From the NCBI GenBank assembly GCA_036172245.1, contig JAYWIR010000164.1, positions 1 through 51,458 of the forward strand: a stretch of 51,458 nucleotides of DNA, written 5' to 3'. Every line of letters begins with the position of its first letter. Within the stretch, counting starts at the first letter, position 1. A model generated the notes under the pieces. That model was not told the origin of the DNA and did no database searches. It saw only the letters and a list, made by a program, of their open reading frames with translations. The DNA comes from Raillietiella orientalis (lineage: Eukaryota). The position numbers and the translations under genes are program-made. Positions 37,701-50,330 of the stretch are shown in pieces.

Positions 37701-40700
37701 AAAACCTAAACGCAAGTGCTGGAAAAGAAAACCTGCATCATCTTCACGGATGCCAATCACATTTTCTAGCATGTATTCGTTCGTCGTTGTAGAGAATTCT
37801 CTCAAAGGTTTGAGTTTTCCTGCTACGTATTGTTTCATAGCTGGTCAACGTTTATCTGTGCGTGTCCTGAAAGCAACAATGCCCTCACATGTTCTATGAA
37901 AGCAGCAATTCATCAAAAGCACTTTTAAATAGAAGGTAATCTACGAAGCAGAAGATTTTCTGCATGACTTACAGAGATGATATGTTTTGAAGTTGTGCCT
38001 TTTACGCGATGCAACACATGGATTTTGAGGGAGCTACTGTTCGGGATCACTCGAGCACATTTGCTCCGCTGCCATGTGGTTGCAATAAAAAAGGCGAATC
38101 ACAGCTTTCATTGTTTCCTCATGCAGTATCCTTCAAAGAGATCAGAGTGTTCTTCGACGCGCACTGTTTAACAAGCAGCTTAATCTACTGTGGAGACTTA
38201 CGTTCAAAGAAGTGATTTGAACTTCTAGAGCTTGCAGTGGCACATCTCCATTCGACAGGAGCAGATCAAGCGCTGGGCACATCGTGGAGGCGGATGGCTT
38301 CTTCGTCAGGATTTACGTCGCTGGCTTGATGATTCTTCTGGACGACAACCAACCTCTCGAGTTTTTTTTTTTCCCTTACCACTCAGGCGAAATGTTCTCG
38401 CAGCCCTGTCTGCGATCAGCGGAAGATCTTCAGCCGGAGGGAAAGTAGTTCTTTCGAATGATGGAAGGTGTGGAAGCAGCTTACGTTCGCACAGCGAGCG
38501 AGGTGGCTAACGCTGCTACTCCACATTCACGTGCGAGGAGCATTGTTATCTCATTATGTTTGAGCAGTCAGGGTCTCCTAATTTCAGGGCTTCCAACCGC
38601 GATTCGCGACACCTGGCAGTTCGCTCCTTCTTTAAAGTTTGAGACTCCTATTCGTTTCTGGAACTGATGTCGGATGCAACACAAGCGTGCCACTACTCGG
38701 TGGTAGCAGCACCGTAAGATTTGTGCTGAGCTGATGTTTGTTCCTATTTTGCGTCAGTTCGAATAGAAGTGTGCTAGGATTCTTGCAGATGACAAAACCA
38801 CGTTTTGTGTTAAACTCTCTAGCTTATGCGCAAAATGCGCTTGCGATAGCAAAGCCTGAGACTTCTCAAGTGAGAAATCATGAGCAGGAGTCTCCTAGCA
38901 AAGCAGTCCGATGCTCAGGATGCCTTAGAGGTGAAAAGCAAAACTTTAGAAGGCTTCTGAGATTGAGGTGCGTCTCGGGATATCATCGTAGGTCAACTGG
39001 AAGCGCAAGGACACGGAAATGGACATGTTAACTGGAATCTTTCTCTTGTTTAAATGTAACCGCAAGCAATGCGCTGCACTGTAATATGGAGAACCGCCTG
39101 AAGAAAATGGCGCACGGAATTCAGAAAGCCAGAAGCCCACCGCAAAAAGCATCGTATGCGAAGAAAATGGTACAGCGAAGGGGTCGAAGGAAAAAAGTAC
39201 ACGGCGTGCAATGTCAACAGCAGTTATCTTCACGAACACGATGCCTAGGGAAGAAACCGGATTTTGGCAAATGAGAACACCAATGATACCATTAATGCTG
39301 TCTTTCGAAAACTTTCTCAAGGAAACGAATGCAGCAGTTACTAGATAGGGCACAGCCAACATTTCTTCCTTGCGTGCGCGCATTCCGCAGAATTTTGGAA
39401 ACACTTTGCTGCAGAGTTCGCTCACACGAATTGGCGATAATGATCGGGAGACAAACCAACTACCTAACTCCTACGCATCAGCCAAGTTTTCGCTGTTAGC
39501 CAAAAGAAATACCGAGAGTGCTTGAGCAACCACCGTTACACATCTCACTCGTTAACACTGAGAATTCCTGTCCTCTGTGCGAAGAGCGCTGTCATCATCA
39601 TAAAGCAGTCTTAGGACTTCTTCACGTTGTTTCTCTTGACTGTACAGAGAGGTCCTGAGCCCAATTTAAAGAATTGTGTTTTGCCCGCTGCAATGCCGGA
39701 CCATGCCTCTTTTACCTGGAGTGATAGGGATAGAAATCGAGTTCAAAGGTCGTGGTTCTGTGGGAAGATTATTCAGCACGCCTTGGTGAGCTGAGGGAGA
39801 AGTGGTATTCTGGAAAAGCGCTTGCATGAGAAGTGCTGTCTTCGATTGCCGAGAGGAACGAGATTAATCTGAGGGAATATGACCATTTGCCGCAACAATT
39901 GGTTTCTCTGATGCAAGAGAATACCTGGATATCACTAATGCTAACCAGTTGCACTGCCTAAGTCTAGAAAACATTTTCTGGGTGAATGAATATTTACTGC
40001 TGTAGCTAAGCGTAATGCGCGAAGCTCTGGAGAAACAAACGTCCACTACTGCCGCTTCAGGTGATACGTTGCGCAGTCAACGCAAGTGGCTTCAAATCAT
40101 GTTTACACCACATGTTGCAGAGCTGCTCTGCCTCACCTCAAGTGGTGTAGCTATCAGGAAATCGAAAACTAACCTGCGTTATTTAAGCATACAGATGCTG
40201 CATATTGAGGGAGGAAAGGCGTTTAAATTTGCATCGGCAGTGCGCTGATGGGGATGATCGGAGCTCTGTGGCATCCACTTTGCGACAAGAAGATAATATC
40301 GTGTGCCTGACGAACAGGCATCCTTCAACTTCGTCATCATGTACTGGCGGATAACCTTAAGATGGCTGCAAGTCAATCATGTATACAAGGAACATGTCCG
40401 TACACAAAGAAGCTATTTCTGTTAATAACCGTACTTTACAATCCATACTTTTCAGCAGATTATATTTTTAATTGGCATTACCTTCTATTGGTCTTTCTGA
40501 TCGACTTTCTCAGATCGATTTGAATTGGTGAGTTGATCATGAAATTCTCGATTAAGCTGTTCCTCCGAATTTCCCTGAACAGTTGAAAAGCACAAAGAAA
40601 TGTTCATGTACATCAAAAAGAATTCGATTCCTTCATCGGCTATACTGATGGACAACAGAATATTTGAAAGCAATCTCATGAAAGATGGACTGCAATTTAT

Positions 40701-41497
40701 TTCAATGAAAAGCACAAAGCTTACTGCGGGTTACGAGCGTTTCTCTTCTGGAGATCGGCTGTTTCGGAACTAAAAGCTGAAAAACTAACTGCCTTGGGAA
40801 GCTGCTCCTACGTCACTGGAAGTTTGTGTGTGAGACGTTCAAAATTGAACGATTCAAACGCCACCACTTTATTTCCCACCCCATTGCTTCCCTTCATGGA
40901 AAACACTTCTGAACATCTTTTCATTCCGCTTTATGAAATGGACATACTGCAAGAAATGATTGGGAGACTCATCGAACGCGAATGAAAAAGGGAAAATCCC
41001 AAAAAACGAGCTTTGTAATTTTCTCAAGCAGGAATTCGTTTGTACTAAAGTGCTGCTCGTCTGATTACACACAAGGTAAAAATGTGCTGCTTGTCTTATT
41101 ACACAGGAGGTAGAAACTTTGGTAATAATTTTTTTCTCTGCGATTTTGAATTGACTATTTGCATCAAGTAATGGTTCGTATGATGGGCTACGATTAGTCT
41201 TATCAGCCATGCCGTGCTGTAGGCCATTCTTTGATAGGTTGGGATAGACATAATCCTGAAGCTGCTAACTGTGTTGGCTAACTGTGTTGTGTCAATAACT
41301 GACTTCAACCGGTTGACTGTATCACAGAGACCGCTGGGCAGTTATGCACAGCTGATTCCAAAAGAAACGCGCAAGACAAGAAATCTCCACTGCCAGAGAA
41401 GTCTTCATCAGATACTGCATCAATCTCACTACAGTACCCATCAAAATCTTGCAAAAACGGAACATAATTTCCACGACTCAGATTTTGTTGACACTCA

Positions 41498-41600
41498 CAA
41501 ATGTGCACGTGGAAATACATTTCTCGAATGATCTCTTGAGGAACACATACAACTAGGTCTGTCTGCATTTTGTAAACAAATGTGCATTTTTTGCTGCACG
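41498..41600 (-). pseudogene. Possible degenerate SWIM zinc-finger remnant (MULE-type transposase or host gene relic)
   Basis: SCMCSSRDHSRNVFPRAH resembles CxC-x(n)-PCxH with the third Cys codon as CGT; motif only. Confidence 0.3.
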
Positions 41601-42269
41601 TGCCCACCTGTGAAGGTATAAGTGATTTGCACGCAAGAAGTACTATAAACGAAACACTCTGTCGTAAGTTTTAGCACATAGAAATACAGGATTCGAATTT
41701 GAGCAAAGAATATCAACCATGTGTTCATTGCATTGTTTGTTAATGTTTTCATAATTCGCGAATTGGTGTTTTTGAAGAAAAGAGTCATCAAGATTCCAAT
41801 AAAGTGCTCAGATGTGGTAGTCGGAATGAAGGTATATTCTGAAGGTTGAATTTCTATTTGATGGGTTTGAAATCACAACGAGGGAATCTTTAGCGGTAGA
41901 GCATTCGAGGTGACTGAAAATTTCAATTTTGGTGCTGCAAATAACTAAATACTTAGACCTGTGTGCAAAGATGCATTAGAACAAAAAAGGGTAGGAACAC
42001 ATGGATTTTAGGGCGATCTCCACGTAAACATTTCTTGTTAAAATAAAGACATCGTTCCAGAAGTACTTTGGTTTATTTCGAACATCAAATCCTTTATTGG
42101 TATCGATTTTATCACCTTGGAACTTCAAACGGCATGTGTAAAGGAAATTACAGACATCACAGCGTTTCGATGAATGCTAATAAGCACAAAGAAAGCAATC
42201 TTTCCACTGCCTTCAAGGTGGCCGCATTTAAAACATCAAGATGTAAAACAAGAGCGACGCCTCAAGAGG

Positions 42270-43620
42270 CCGTGACAGCTCTCCTTGAGTCTTCCGCGAA
42301 GAAAGTTGCGAATGCTCCAGGAAAATGGGAAGGCGATTGGGTGGTTGCTGAGCGCAGAAAACACAACTGTGCCTAAAATGGCACGCAAACTTCATCCGTG
42401 AGCACTTGCAAGACTGGGATCAGTCGTGCAGCAAAAGAAACAGCGAATCGGGTGTTCCTTTTTTAGCAAAACCCAGTCAAGTCAACGCGTTGCAGTCTAA
42501 CTTTTTGACAGTCGGAAATACAATTTTGGTGGAAGCAGGCGTAGACGAACGCACGACGCTTGCCCGAGGATTAAACGCCGTGAAGTTCGATAATGGCTCT
42601 GAACGGCGCGTTACGCATGCCGAAGAGCCAGCCCGCAGGTCTGAAGTCTACAGTCGTGATACGCCGCTGACAGGCGAGCGCTCAGCCCGGAATCCACAGG
42701 TTCGGTGCCAGAAGAGGAGTTCTCGATTGCGTGCAGCACGGTGAAGGCTGGTAGCGACTGCGCAGTCCATCCTGCCGTGATGCTCACTACCCGCTCGCTG
42801 AGTGAAACGTGCACCAAGGCCTCGCTTTCTTAGAGGTTTTGAAGGCAATCGCGTCTTCTCGTAGTGTTTCCGCGGCGTGCATAAAAGTGACAGCACTCCA
42901 GCAGGACGACAAGAGACGACAAGTAGCCACGGCTGTCGATTACCCACTCCTGCAGAAGATTCACAACGTCCCTGATTTATAGAATGGCGAAACCGTACAG
43001 CTCACATGCGGGGATCTACCAAGGCGGCGCCACGTCGCACCTACATTCGGCGTCGCTTTCTTCGTGGAACGAACTTTGAAAGTAGCGTTGTAAAAGCTCG
43101 CTAGGAAACGGAAGACAGCTTGTACTCGACAGGTACGACACCATCGAACTTTTATATGCGAAGGTGTTCGCGTTGAAGGGTTTTGTTCGCTGTGTCGATA
43201 AAATTGAGATCTTTGCTTGCGTTCTGAATTGGTTGCTTACTGGTGCAAACCCTGCGGTTGCGCATCTCACTTCTAGGGTTTTTAACGCCGAGCTGCCTTG
43301 CGAGAATAGTTCCTACAAAAGGGATACGGCGCTGGATGACCAGCAATGCGCGTCCTAGAATGCCTGCAACTTGCTTCTTATCGACCCTGATGTGACGGCA
43401 TTTTGGTAATATGTGTTCCTTGATGAACACCTACTATTTCGTGTGGGTCGGAGAGGTTCCCGATCGTCCGTTCTTTTCTACCATAAGAGACTCGATTCCG
43501 AGAATCTTCCACCTGTCAAGGCTCTCCAAAACGTGTTTGGAGGATGCCGGCTCAATGGCTTAGCCACCCGGAGGCGGCGAACAGTTTTCACCGTAAACTC
43601 CGCTGCTTCCTCATGAGAGA
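42270..43620 (+). mobile_element. Heavily decayed family B (lineage X) fragment: ORF1 C-terminus and EN
   Basis: ERRVTHAEEPARRSEV...RDT matches the 4007 ORF; VFLDEHLLFRVGRRG matches the EN end. Confidence 0.8.
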
Positions 43621-43859
43621 GCGCGCTTGTCAACTAAATGCGCAGAGGCGTTTATTCTTTCGAATTAAACATGGAGAATCTGAGGTTTAACCAGTAATCC
43701 GAAGAAACAGCGCAGGGTTTTTCAAGTCGTTGGATTCACGACCAGTTTGTAACAACACGACAGCAGAAATGGTGGAGAAAAAAAATTAAAATCTAGTTAA
43801 AATTTAAACAAACAGAAAACTATTATTTAGCAGGCACGGGATGGGATCACGGTAAGATG

Positions 43860-44640
43860 AGGCGCCGTAACATTCTTCTTAGGACTCCGGCAACCTCTTC
43901 TTTTATTTGGGTTTTCAGGTATGGACATTTCATCGCCGTCTCCAAGAATTCGACGGCACACAAGAAGGCACATTTATTACATGGGCCACGTTGCACTCCT
44001 CCAAACAGCAAATATCAGGTGAAAGCAGTAAAGGGCTGCTAACAGAGCCGCAGTCCGTAGAGCGTCGCAAGTGAAGAAGGTTTTAGTTCTGTCTGCGCGC
44101 ATACTGCTTGGGTTTCCAAGGGTCACGGCAACGCTGTTCCGAAGTAACCGCACACCAACACAATCCTCCTCGGACGCAAGGAAGAACTGGAGAAAGAGAA
44201 CGGCTGGATGGAATTCAGCCTCACCGACTCCAACGCATGGCTGGAGGAGACAACGGGTACGTCGGCGAAGTTGAACGTAGACAGAAGCGAGAAATCAAAC
44301 CGCCTGCGATTCAACCCATCGCCCGCATCATACTGCGGACATTTCACAGTGTACCGCCATGAGCACGTGGGCGCAGACTACCCCTTTAGTTACGGCGCTG
44401 CCCTTTCTACGGAGATTCTTCACCAGCGGCCGGACGCTGAATTGGCTAGTATCCTGCCGGATCTCAGGCAGAGAGAAGAAATTAAGCGGCAGGACCATGG
44501 GAGAACTGGTCGACGCTACGAACCCGAGTGCCTTCCCTCGTGGACTTGTAAGATGGGCCAAGTTGCTTGAAATCCCGACGGCAGACCAGAAGTGGCATCT
44601 AGTGATGAGCGGATCCAAGGTTTTTCCCCTGAAGTAGCAA
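43860..44640 (+). mobile_element. Divergent, decayed ORF2 C-terminal fragment
   Basis: AWLEETTGT and TMGELVDATNPSAFPRGLVRWAKLLEIP resemble AWLQETVRT and TGQLTDAATP..GL in other copies; left boundary uncertain. Confidence 0.5.
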
Positions 44641-44729
44641 CAGTTGGCAATGCTGCTATTGCACTTGGATCTACACTGCAAAGCTTTCCGCTTTCACTGG
44701 AAGAGGGTAGCTGTGAATCCTCAATGTAC

Positions 44730-45324
44730 CATTTCGCGCAGCGCCTGCTGAAGCATGGCGCTCCCGCAATCGAGCGGGAAGCTCGTTCCAGGTTAACGGA
44801 TCCGTTTACGATGGCAAAGATTGTCTCTGTCAACAGTAAATTGAAGAAAAGAAAGGCACCAGAGGAGGACGGCCAACCCGCGGAGCTTTACCAACGCTTC
44901 GCGCCAGAACTGGCTCCCCTGGTGCTCAGATTAACTACGCTGATCCGCGATCAAGAAGTTCCCGCCTCGTTCCGGTCAGCAAAAGTACATCTACAGACAA
45001 AATCAATAGACTTGAGCAACATTGGCTACTGGCCTTCCAACACAGTGGCAGATGCGGGCGCAAACTTGCGTGCCATGTTGTGGGCCGTGCGTTTGGGGCG
45101 AACAACCACTTCCGTGATCAGTCCAGAGCAGACCTAAACTGTTCCCGGACAAAACATTGAGGCCACACTCCTCTTCGTCAGCTCAGAATATTAGTTGCGA
45201 CAACGCGTTGCTCTGGAAGCTTAAGGGAGCATTTCCCTCGCTATTACCAGGAAGAAAGGGAAGAGGGTGGAATTTACTCCACGGAGCCTTCACCGTGAAA
45301 TCCGCCTTGCACAAAGCATTCGAT
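44730..45324 (+). mobile_element. Family B fragment: linker and RT N-terminus up to LHKAFD
   Basis: LKKRKAPEEDGQPAELY, FRSAKV, ISPEQT, ALHKAFD cut near 45324. Confidence 0.85.
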
Positions 45325-48300
45325 TTTCACCCGGATTTCGCCGGGGCGTTTATTGTTTAATGAACATTTACAAAGACGTGCAGTGGCTAAACCATTGCTC
45401 CAGCCACGCACAAAGAAACACAGAGACTGCCGGGTCAGCGGTTGGCAGACCGGCACGGTCCACCACGGCAGCAGGGGAAAGGGGGAAAAAAAAAAAAACA
45501 AAACAAAAAAAAAGAAAAAACTGGGAAGGTACGGGAAGGGATCAAAGTTGCTGGTGGGGCCGTTGCATCCTTTGCGGGATGCCGGCAAGCTCTTGCTGTA
45601 TGCTTGGATCCATGTGGGGCTATCGCGACGCTCTTCTCCGAAATTGGAAGGCTAGCAGGATGGCACCCTGGTCTTGTTGTCCTCCCGTAGCCTTGCTCCA
45701 GGCGGTGACGATCGCGCGAAGGAAGCACGTGGCTGCTAACGAGACCGCAGGCCGAAAAGCCTCGGCAACGAAGAGGGCTTTCACAACGTCCCTGGGGTTG
45801 CCGCAAGGGATTCCGATGGCCGCGGCAAAGCAAAACCAAAGGGGCCGAAGGGCAACACAATCCACTAGTAGGTGGGGGAGGGACTCCCGTTCCCCACACC
45901 TGACGCAATTGGGGTCCACCGCTCACCAGGTCCAGTGGTGACGGCGAGCGTTGCAAGAGTGTCCTCAGTGCTGCAACAGGAATGCCGACTCCTGTCAGTT
46001 TAAGGGGAGGGTCGAGGTGTTCATTAGTACCAAGGGACACTTCAAACGTTCAATGGGAACGTCAAGCAGCGCGCCTTAGCGAAAAAGGCCATGGAGAGGC
46101 GTCCTCGGGGTGGCAGCGTCAGTTAGCTGACCCGTCCTCCACTCTCCTATCTTCTTCTTCTTCCTGCAGATTGTAAATGTAACCTCCCACTTCGCCGCAA
46201 CATCGCTGTCCAGATCTTCCATCAGGGAGGGCAGCGCAGCAGCGAGGGGGGTTCTTCCTGCCAACGCTCTCTTCTTTGGATCCTCCAGGATCTCGTGGAG
46301 CGTGCAACTTGTGTGACCCCCAAACAGGAACCTTCGTTCCTGTTGAAAGCGTTGCATGCCGAACTGTCTCCACGTTCGAACGGTTTCCTGCAACCAGGCA
46401 CTACCGTTTAAAGGGCGACAGGTAACCAAGACTGCGTTTTTCCGGTACAGCGCAGCCACCCTTCGTAGCTGGAGTGAGCATCGGTTGACGCGGCGACGGA
46501 GTGCAAGCAACGACGTCAGTCCCGACTTACCGTTGGCTTGCTCGACAAGGAGACGTGCAGGAACGCACCAACAGGTGCACCACAACTCTGGAACAAGTGC
46601 CGATATTCGGAACTGGATCTGAAGCTCCAGCCGCTACAGCGTCAGGAGGTCCAAACCACTGTCCCGACGAGGAGCGCGCAAGTCCATTAAGCGGAATCGG
46701 GCACTCCCGTTGCCGCTTTGGGCAATACATAGGTAGTCCTTTGTCCGCTTCTTAATTCTCTCTGTGAAAAGGCAAACAAAAAGCAGCGGGCGGAGGAGAG
46801 GAGCCGCGAACGTGTTCCAAACCGCGGCACGTTCAGGCAGGAAAAACCTGCCGCCTCGGAACGGGCCGATCGCCGTCTCTACTTTCTGGAAACAGCAGGA
46901 CCACGCTTCCGCAGGGGAGTAGTCCCCCAACGGCACACCAAGGTACTTGAAGTACCTCACCGTGGGGATCCCCAAACGGACCCAGTCCTGCTGCCCTGCC
47001 CACGCCGCACCAACTGGCATCACGGACGATTTCGCCCTGTTCACCGTAAGTCCGGTTCCCCGATGAGGCAGGTCGAAGAACTCCTCGACCGCCGCAGCCG
47101 AAGTGGACATGAGAAGCAGCAGCAGAAGGTCGTCCGCGTATGCTGAAAAGGCCGGCGTACCAGCACAGTCGTGCGGCAGGTGCACCAGAGTTCCCCTGTA
47201 CGCTCTCAGTACCAACTCAAAGTAGGTTCTGAAGAGCAAGGGGATCAGGCTGTCTCCCTGCCGGATCCCACGCCTCACCGGCACGCCGTGCACGGTCTGC
47301 CCGCTGAAAGTAACATTGATGAGCGCGTCGCGCCAGCAGGAGCGCAGATACGCCACTAATGAGGCCGGGAAGCCGAAGCGTTCCAGAAGCTCCAGAAAGA
47401 GATTCTGGTAGACGCAATCGAATGCTTTTCGCAAGTCGATTGCGACCGCAAGGGCTCCCTCCCCCACCCGACCATCCAACTTCTTGCCGGCGCACGCACC
47501 GGAATTCCGGCTGCGCACCAAGCTCCTTTCATGTTGGAGCTCTAGCCAGGTGGACGCTTGGAACAGGTTCGCCTCCATGCTTCGCCCGGGAACAGCATAT
47601 GTCTGTTCCGGGCTGATGAAGATGTTGGCTACCCGTCCCAGACGCTCTGCCCAAACCTTAGCCAGCAACTTGGCGTCCGCTTTCACTATTGTGATGGGAC
47701 GCCAGTTGTTCATGCTCCTTAAATCTCCACCCTTAGGGAGGAGCCGCACCTATTTCCATTGAAACGAAGCGGGAACGTCACCTGTCTCGCGAATCAGCAA
47801 GGTGGGTTGCTGTACCAAAGGGGTAAGCTCATCCGCAAAAGTTCTGTATAACTCCGAGGGCAGGCTGTCCTCCCATGGAGCCTCGCTGCTCATGAGCTTT
47901 CCGATAGTTGAGAGGATCTCGTCTATCGTGAAAGGCTCCTCGAGGGTCTTTCTCTGCTCCTCCCCGATCGCTGGAGCGCCTTCCGGGAGCAGAAGTCGTG
48001 AGACGTTCCTCTGCGGAGGTGCCCTGGCATACAGGGAGGAGTAGTAACTCCGAAGCAGACCGCGGATTTGGGCAGGTGCTGATTGCTTTTGTCCCGGATC
48101 GTCCAGCAAGCTGGACGATCCGGGCTTCCAGGCTTGCCTCTCGGCTTCTGCTTTGTATTCCGCCAGCCTCCGGATGTCAAGGTTTCTGGCGTAACGACGG
48201 GTCTCTAGATAGGCTCGTTCGTCACGGTTCCCGGTCCCATAACTCGTAGGTAGGCGGTGCAGAGAGAACTGGTCGCAGAACTCCTGGACCGAATGCTTGA

Positions 48301-48970
48301 AGCGGTCTCAATCCTAGAGTGTCCGCAGCCTGAAGCTCCGTATGAACGTGCGCAGATGTTCCGCTGCGTCCGGGATCTTCAGCTAGTCCCCTAAGAGACG
48401 CCAAGCTGACTATGGGGTGCCCTTGTCGCGCAGATGGATCTCGAGGACTATCGGGTGATGGTCGGACAGCTCGCACGGTAACTTGCCGTGTCTGCTCACG
48501 CGAGGGCACAGGTGCTCGTCAAGAAACACGTGGTCAATGCTGTCTTCCATCCACGGTGCACTGGCCAACAGAGTACAGGTGTGCACCGCCATGCACACCT
48601 CGTTGACCAGGTCACGCTCGGGATTCTGACCATCTGGTTTCAGGCGAACGTTGAAATCTCCTGCAACCAGATGGGCATTCCGCACGCCTGCTTCGGTCAG
48701 CCAGTCGGGCCGGAGGGCAAGGAAAAACTTCTTTCTAGCCCTCCTGTTCATGAGGTGCGCGCTGCTCGGTGCGTACACGTTCGTGACGATCAGCTCGATC
48801 GACTGGGACCACCTGAAAGTCAGCTGGCCGACACGCCCGTGATTGTCAAAGCACACGCCCCAAGCCGCGGCCTCGACGTCTGGCCGAAGCAGGTAGGGAA
48901 CACCCCAAATTTTCGGTCTCCCACACCTGTACCATAGCCGCCCTGCGGAGATCTGTCCGATCTCTTGCGA
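45325..48970 (-). mobile_element. Family B (lineage Y) element, 3' part from mid-EN to 3' terminus; close relative of 18491-22138
   Basis: EN 48410-48856, RT 46634-47749, CVRCGERESLPHLLVDC; minus-strand AATAAA 45349-45354 and CCCGG-CGAAAT-CCGGG 45330-45345. Confidence 0.94.
46634..47749 (-). pseudogene. Reverse transcriptase domain, uninterrupted 371 aa fragment of ORF2
   Basis: NWRPITI, IDLRKAFD, GIRQGD, YADD, FKYLG; upstream codon is a stop. Confidence 0.93.
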
Positions 48971-48974
48971 TCGT

Positions 48975-48993
48975 ACAGTGCAGACGTGTTTCC
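48975..48993 (+). promoter_or_regulatory. Conserved 5'-terminal motif of family B (GNGCRGACNWGYTTT-like), candidate internal promoter/initiator
   Basis: GTGCAGACGTGTTTCC here; minus-strand GAGCGGACCAGTTTT (~18073-18087), GTGCGGACGTGCTTT (~25967-25981), GGGCGGACATGTTTT (~29239-29253). Confidence 0.6.
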
Positions 48994-50330
48994 GCGTCTA
49001 TCCGCGACAAGGATCGGCTAACTTTGTGCCTGCGTTTTTGCTCGCACTTGTGTGTTCCTGTGCAATCTGCCAAGTAGCATAGAGCAACATGGCCAGTACA
49101 CAGGATAGTGTGGAAGAGCAAGCCACTGGATGCACTTCAGCTGCACTTGAAGTGGCCGCATCCTCCGTAATGTTTTTCTCGCCCCCGGTGAGGAGTTACG
49201 CCGCCGTTACCTCCCAAAGACCAGGAACCTGCGATGCGGAGTTCCAGGCATATGTGTCATCAGGATACATGCCTGCACTCCGTTATAAGGTCAGTGGGCC
49301 ACTTAACGGAAAAATTAGTCGTGAGCTCAATGATGAGCTCGTCCGGATAGGCGTTCGCGAGGAGGAACTCCTTGCCATAATGCCAGCTCGCAGGATGGAA
49401 TATACGAAGATTCGGTGCAAGAACGCAGCACTTGTGCAGCGCCTTCTCCGTACGCCGTTGACCATCAATGGCAAGGAAGTCCTACCTACCGCGATGGACG
49501 ACTCTTCTGTCGTTCAATTATGCGACATCGAACCGGAAATCTCCGACCGCGATGTCGTAAGTGTGCTGGCGAAGTTCGCCACCGTGCACGCTCTGTGGAG
49601 GAGGCCAAATCCTCTAAAGGATTTCCCCTCTGTCCACATTGGACAAGCCTCCGCGCGGATCACCGTCGCGAACAGGCGTGTTGTGCCTGAGCAGCTTCAG
49701 GTGAACGGCACGGTCGTTCACCTGTGGTTCATAAGCCAGACTCGCGCGTGCGAGCAGTGCGGCAAGGAGGGGCACCGAATTAAAGAGTGCCCCTCTCCAA
49801 GATGCCGCTATTGCAAAGATTCCGGGCACGAAATCAAAAAGTGCCCGGTAATTGCAAGAAAAAGAGCCGCAGCGGAAATTCGTCAACTTCAAGAGACCAC
49901 TGCACGAAAAGCCGCAGCGGCAAATAAAAAACGTCGCCCGCGAAAACTCAAAAAAAACCACGAGCGATCCGCGGATAAAAAGAAAGCATCCCCACCCGCA
50001 ACGCCCCGAAAAGGGAAGGTCACGGCGGGGAAGCCAATTAAAAAGGGGCGCGAGGGTTTGACGCGTGCCGTGCCTTCCCTCTCTGCCGAACTCGCAGGCA
50101 CTTTTCCGAGCCTGGAACCAGGAAATCTCCGTAACACCCTGGAGGGAAAGGTAGGAAAACAGGAAGATCGCAACAGTGCGAACACTTCTTGCCCCGTTCC
50201 GTTGTCCCTTCGGAGTTCCGGACAGCCCCACTGCAACGCAGGCCCCACTGCAAAGGCTACGAAAGCCGTAAAAAGCAGCGTCGCGACGAGCAAAAGCACG
50301 CTGCATGCAGTCGCCCCATCGCGGAATCGG
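48975..50330 (+). mobile_element. Family B element, 5' part: 5'UTR and ORF1, interrupted by a family A element
   Basis: 5'UTR similar to the minus-strand 5'UTR at 25900-25984; ORF1 open from 49089. Confidence 0.88.

Noticed and set aside
34800..40450. Host protein-coding gene in the spacer
   Set aside because: Only short ORFs with no recognisable motif; an intron-rich gene cannot be excluded without transcript data
45478..45520. A-rich run as a poly(A) tail
   Set aside because: It is the complement of the internal T-rich 3'UTR tract of the minus element, equivalent to 21940-21980; the true end is at about 45325
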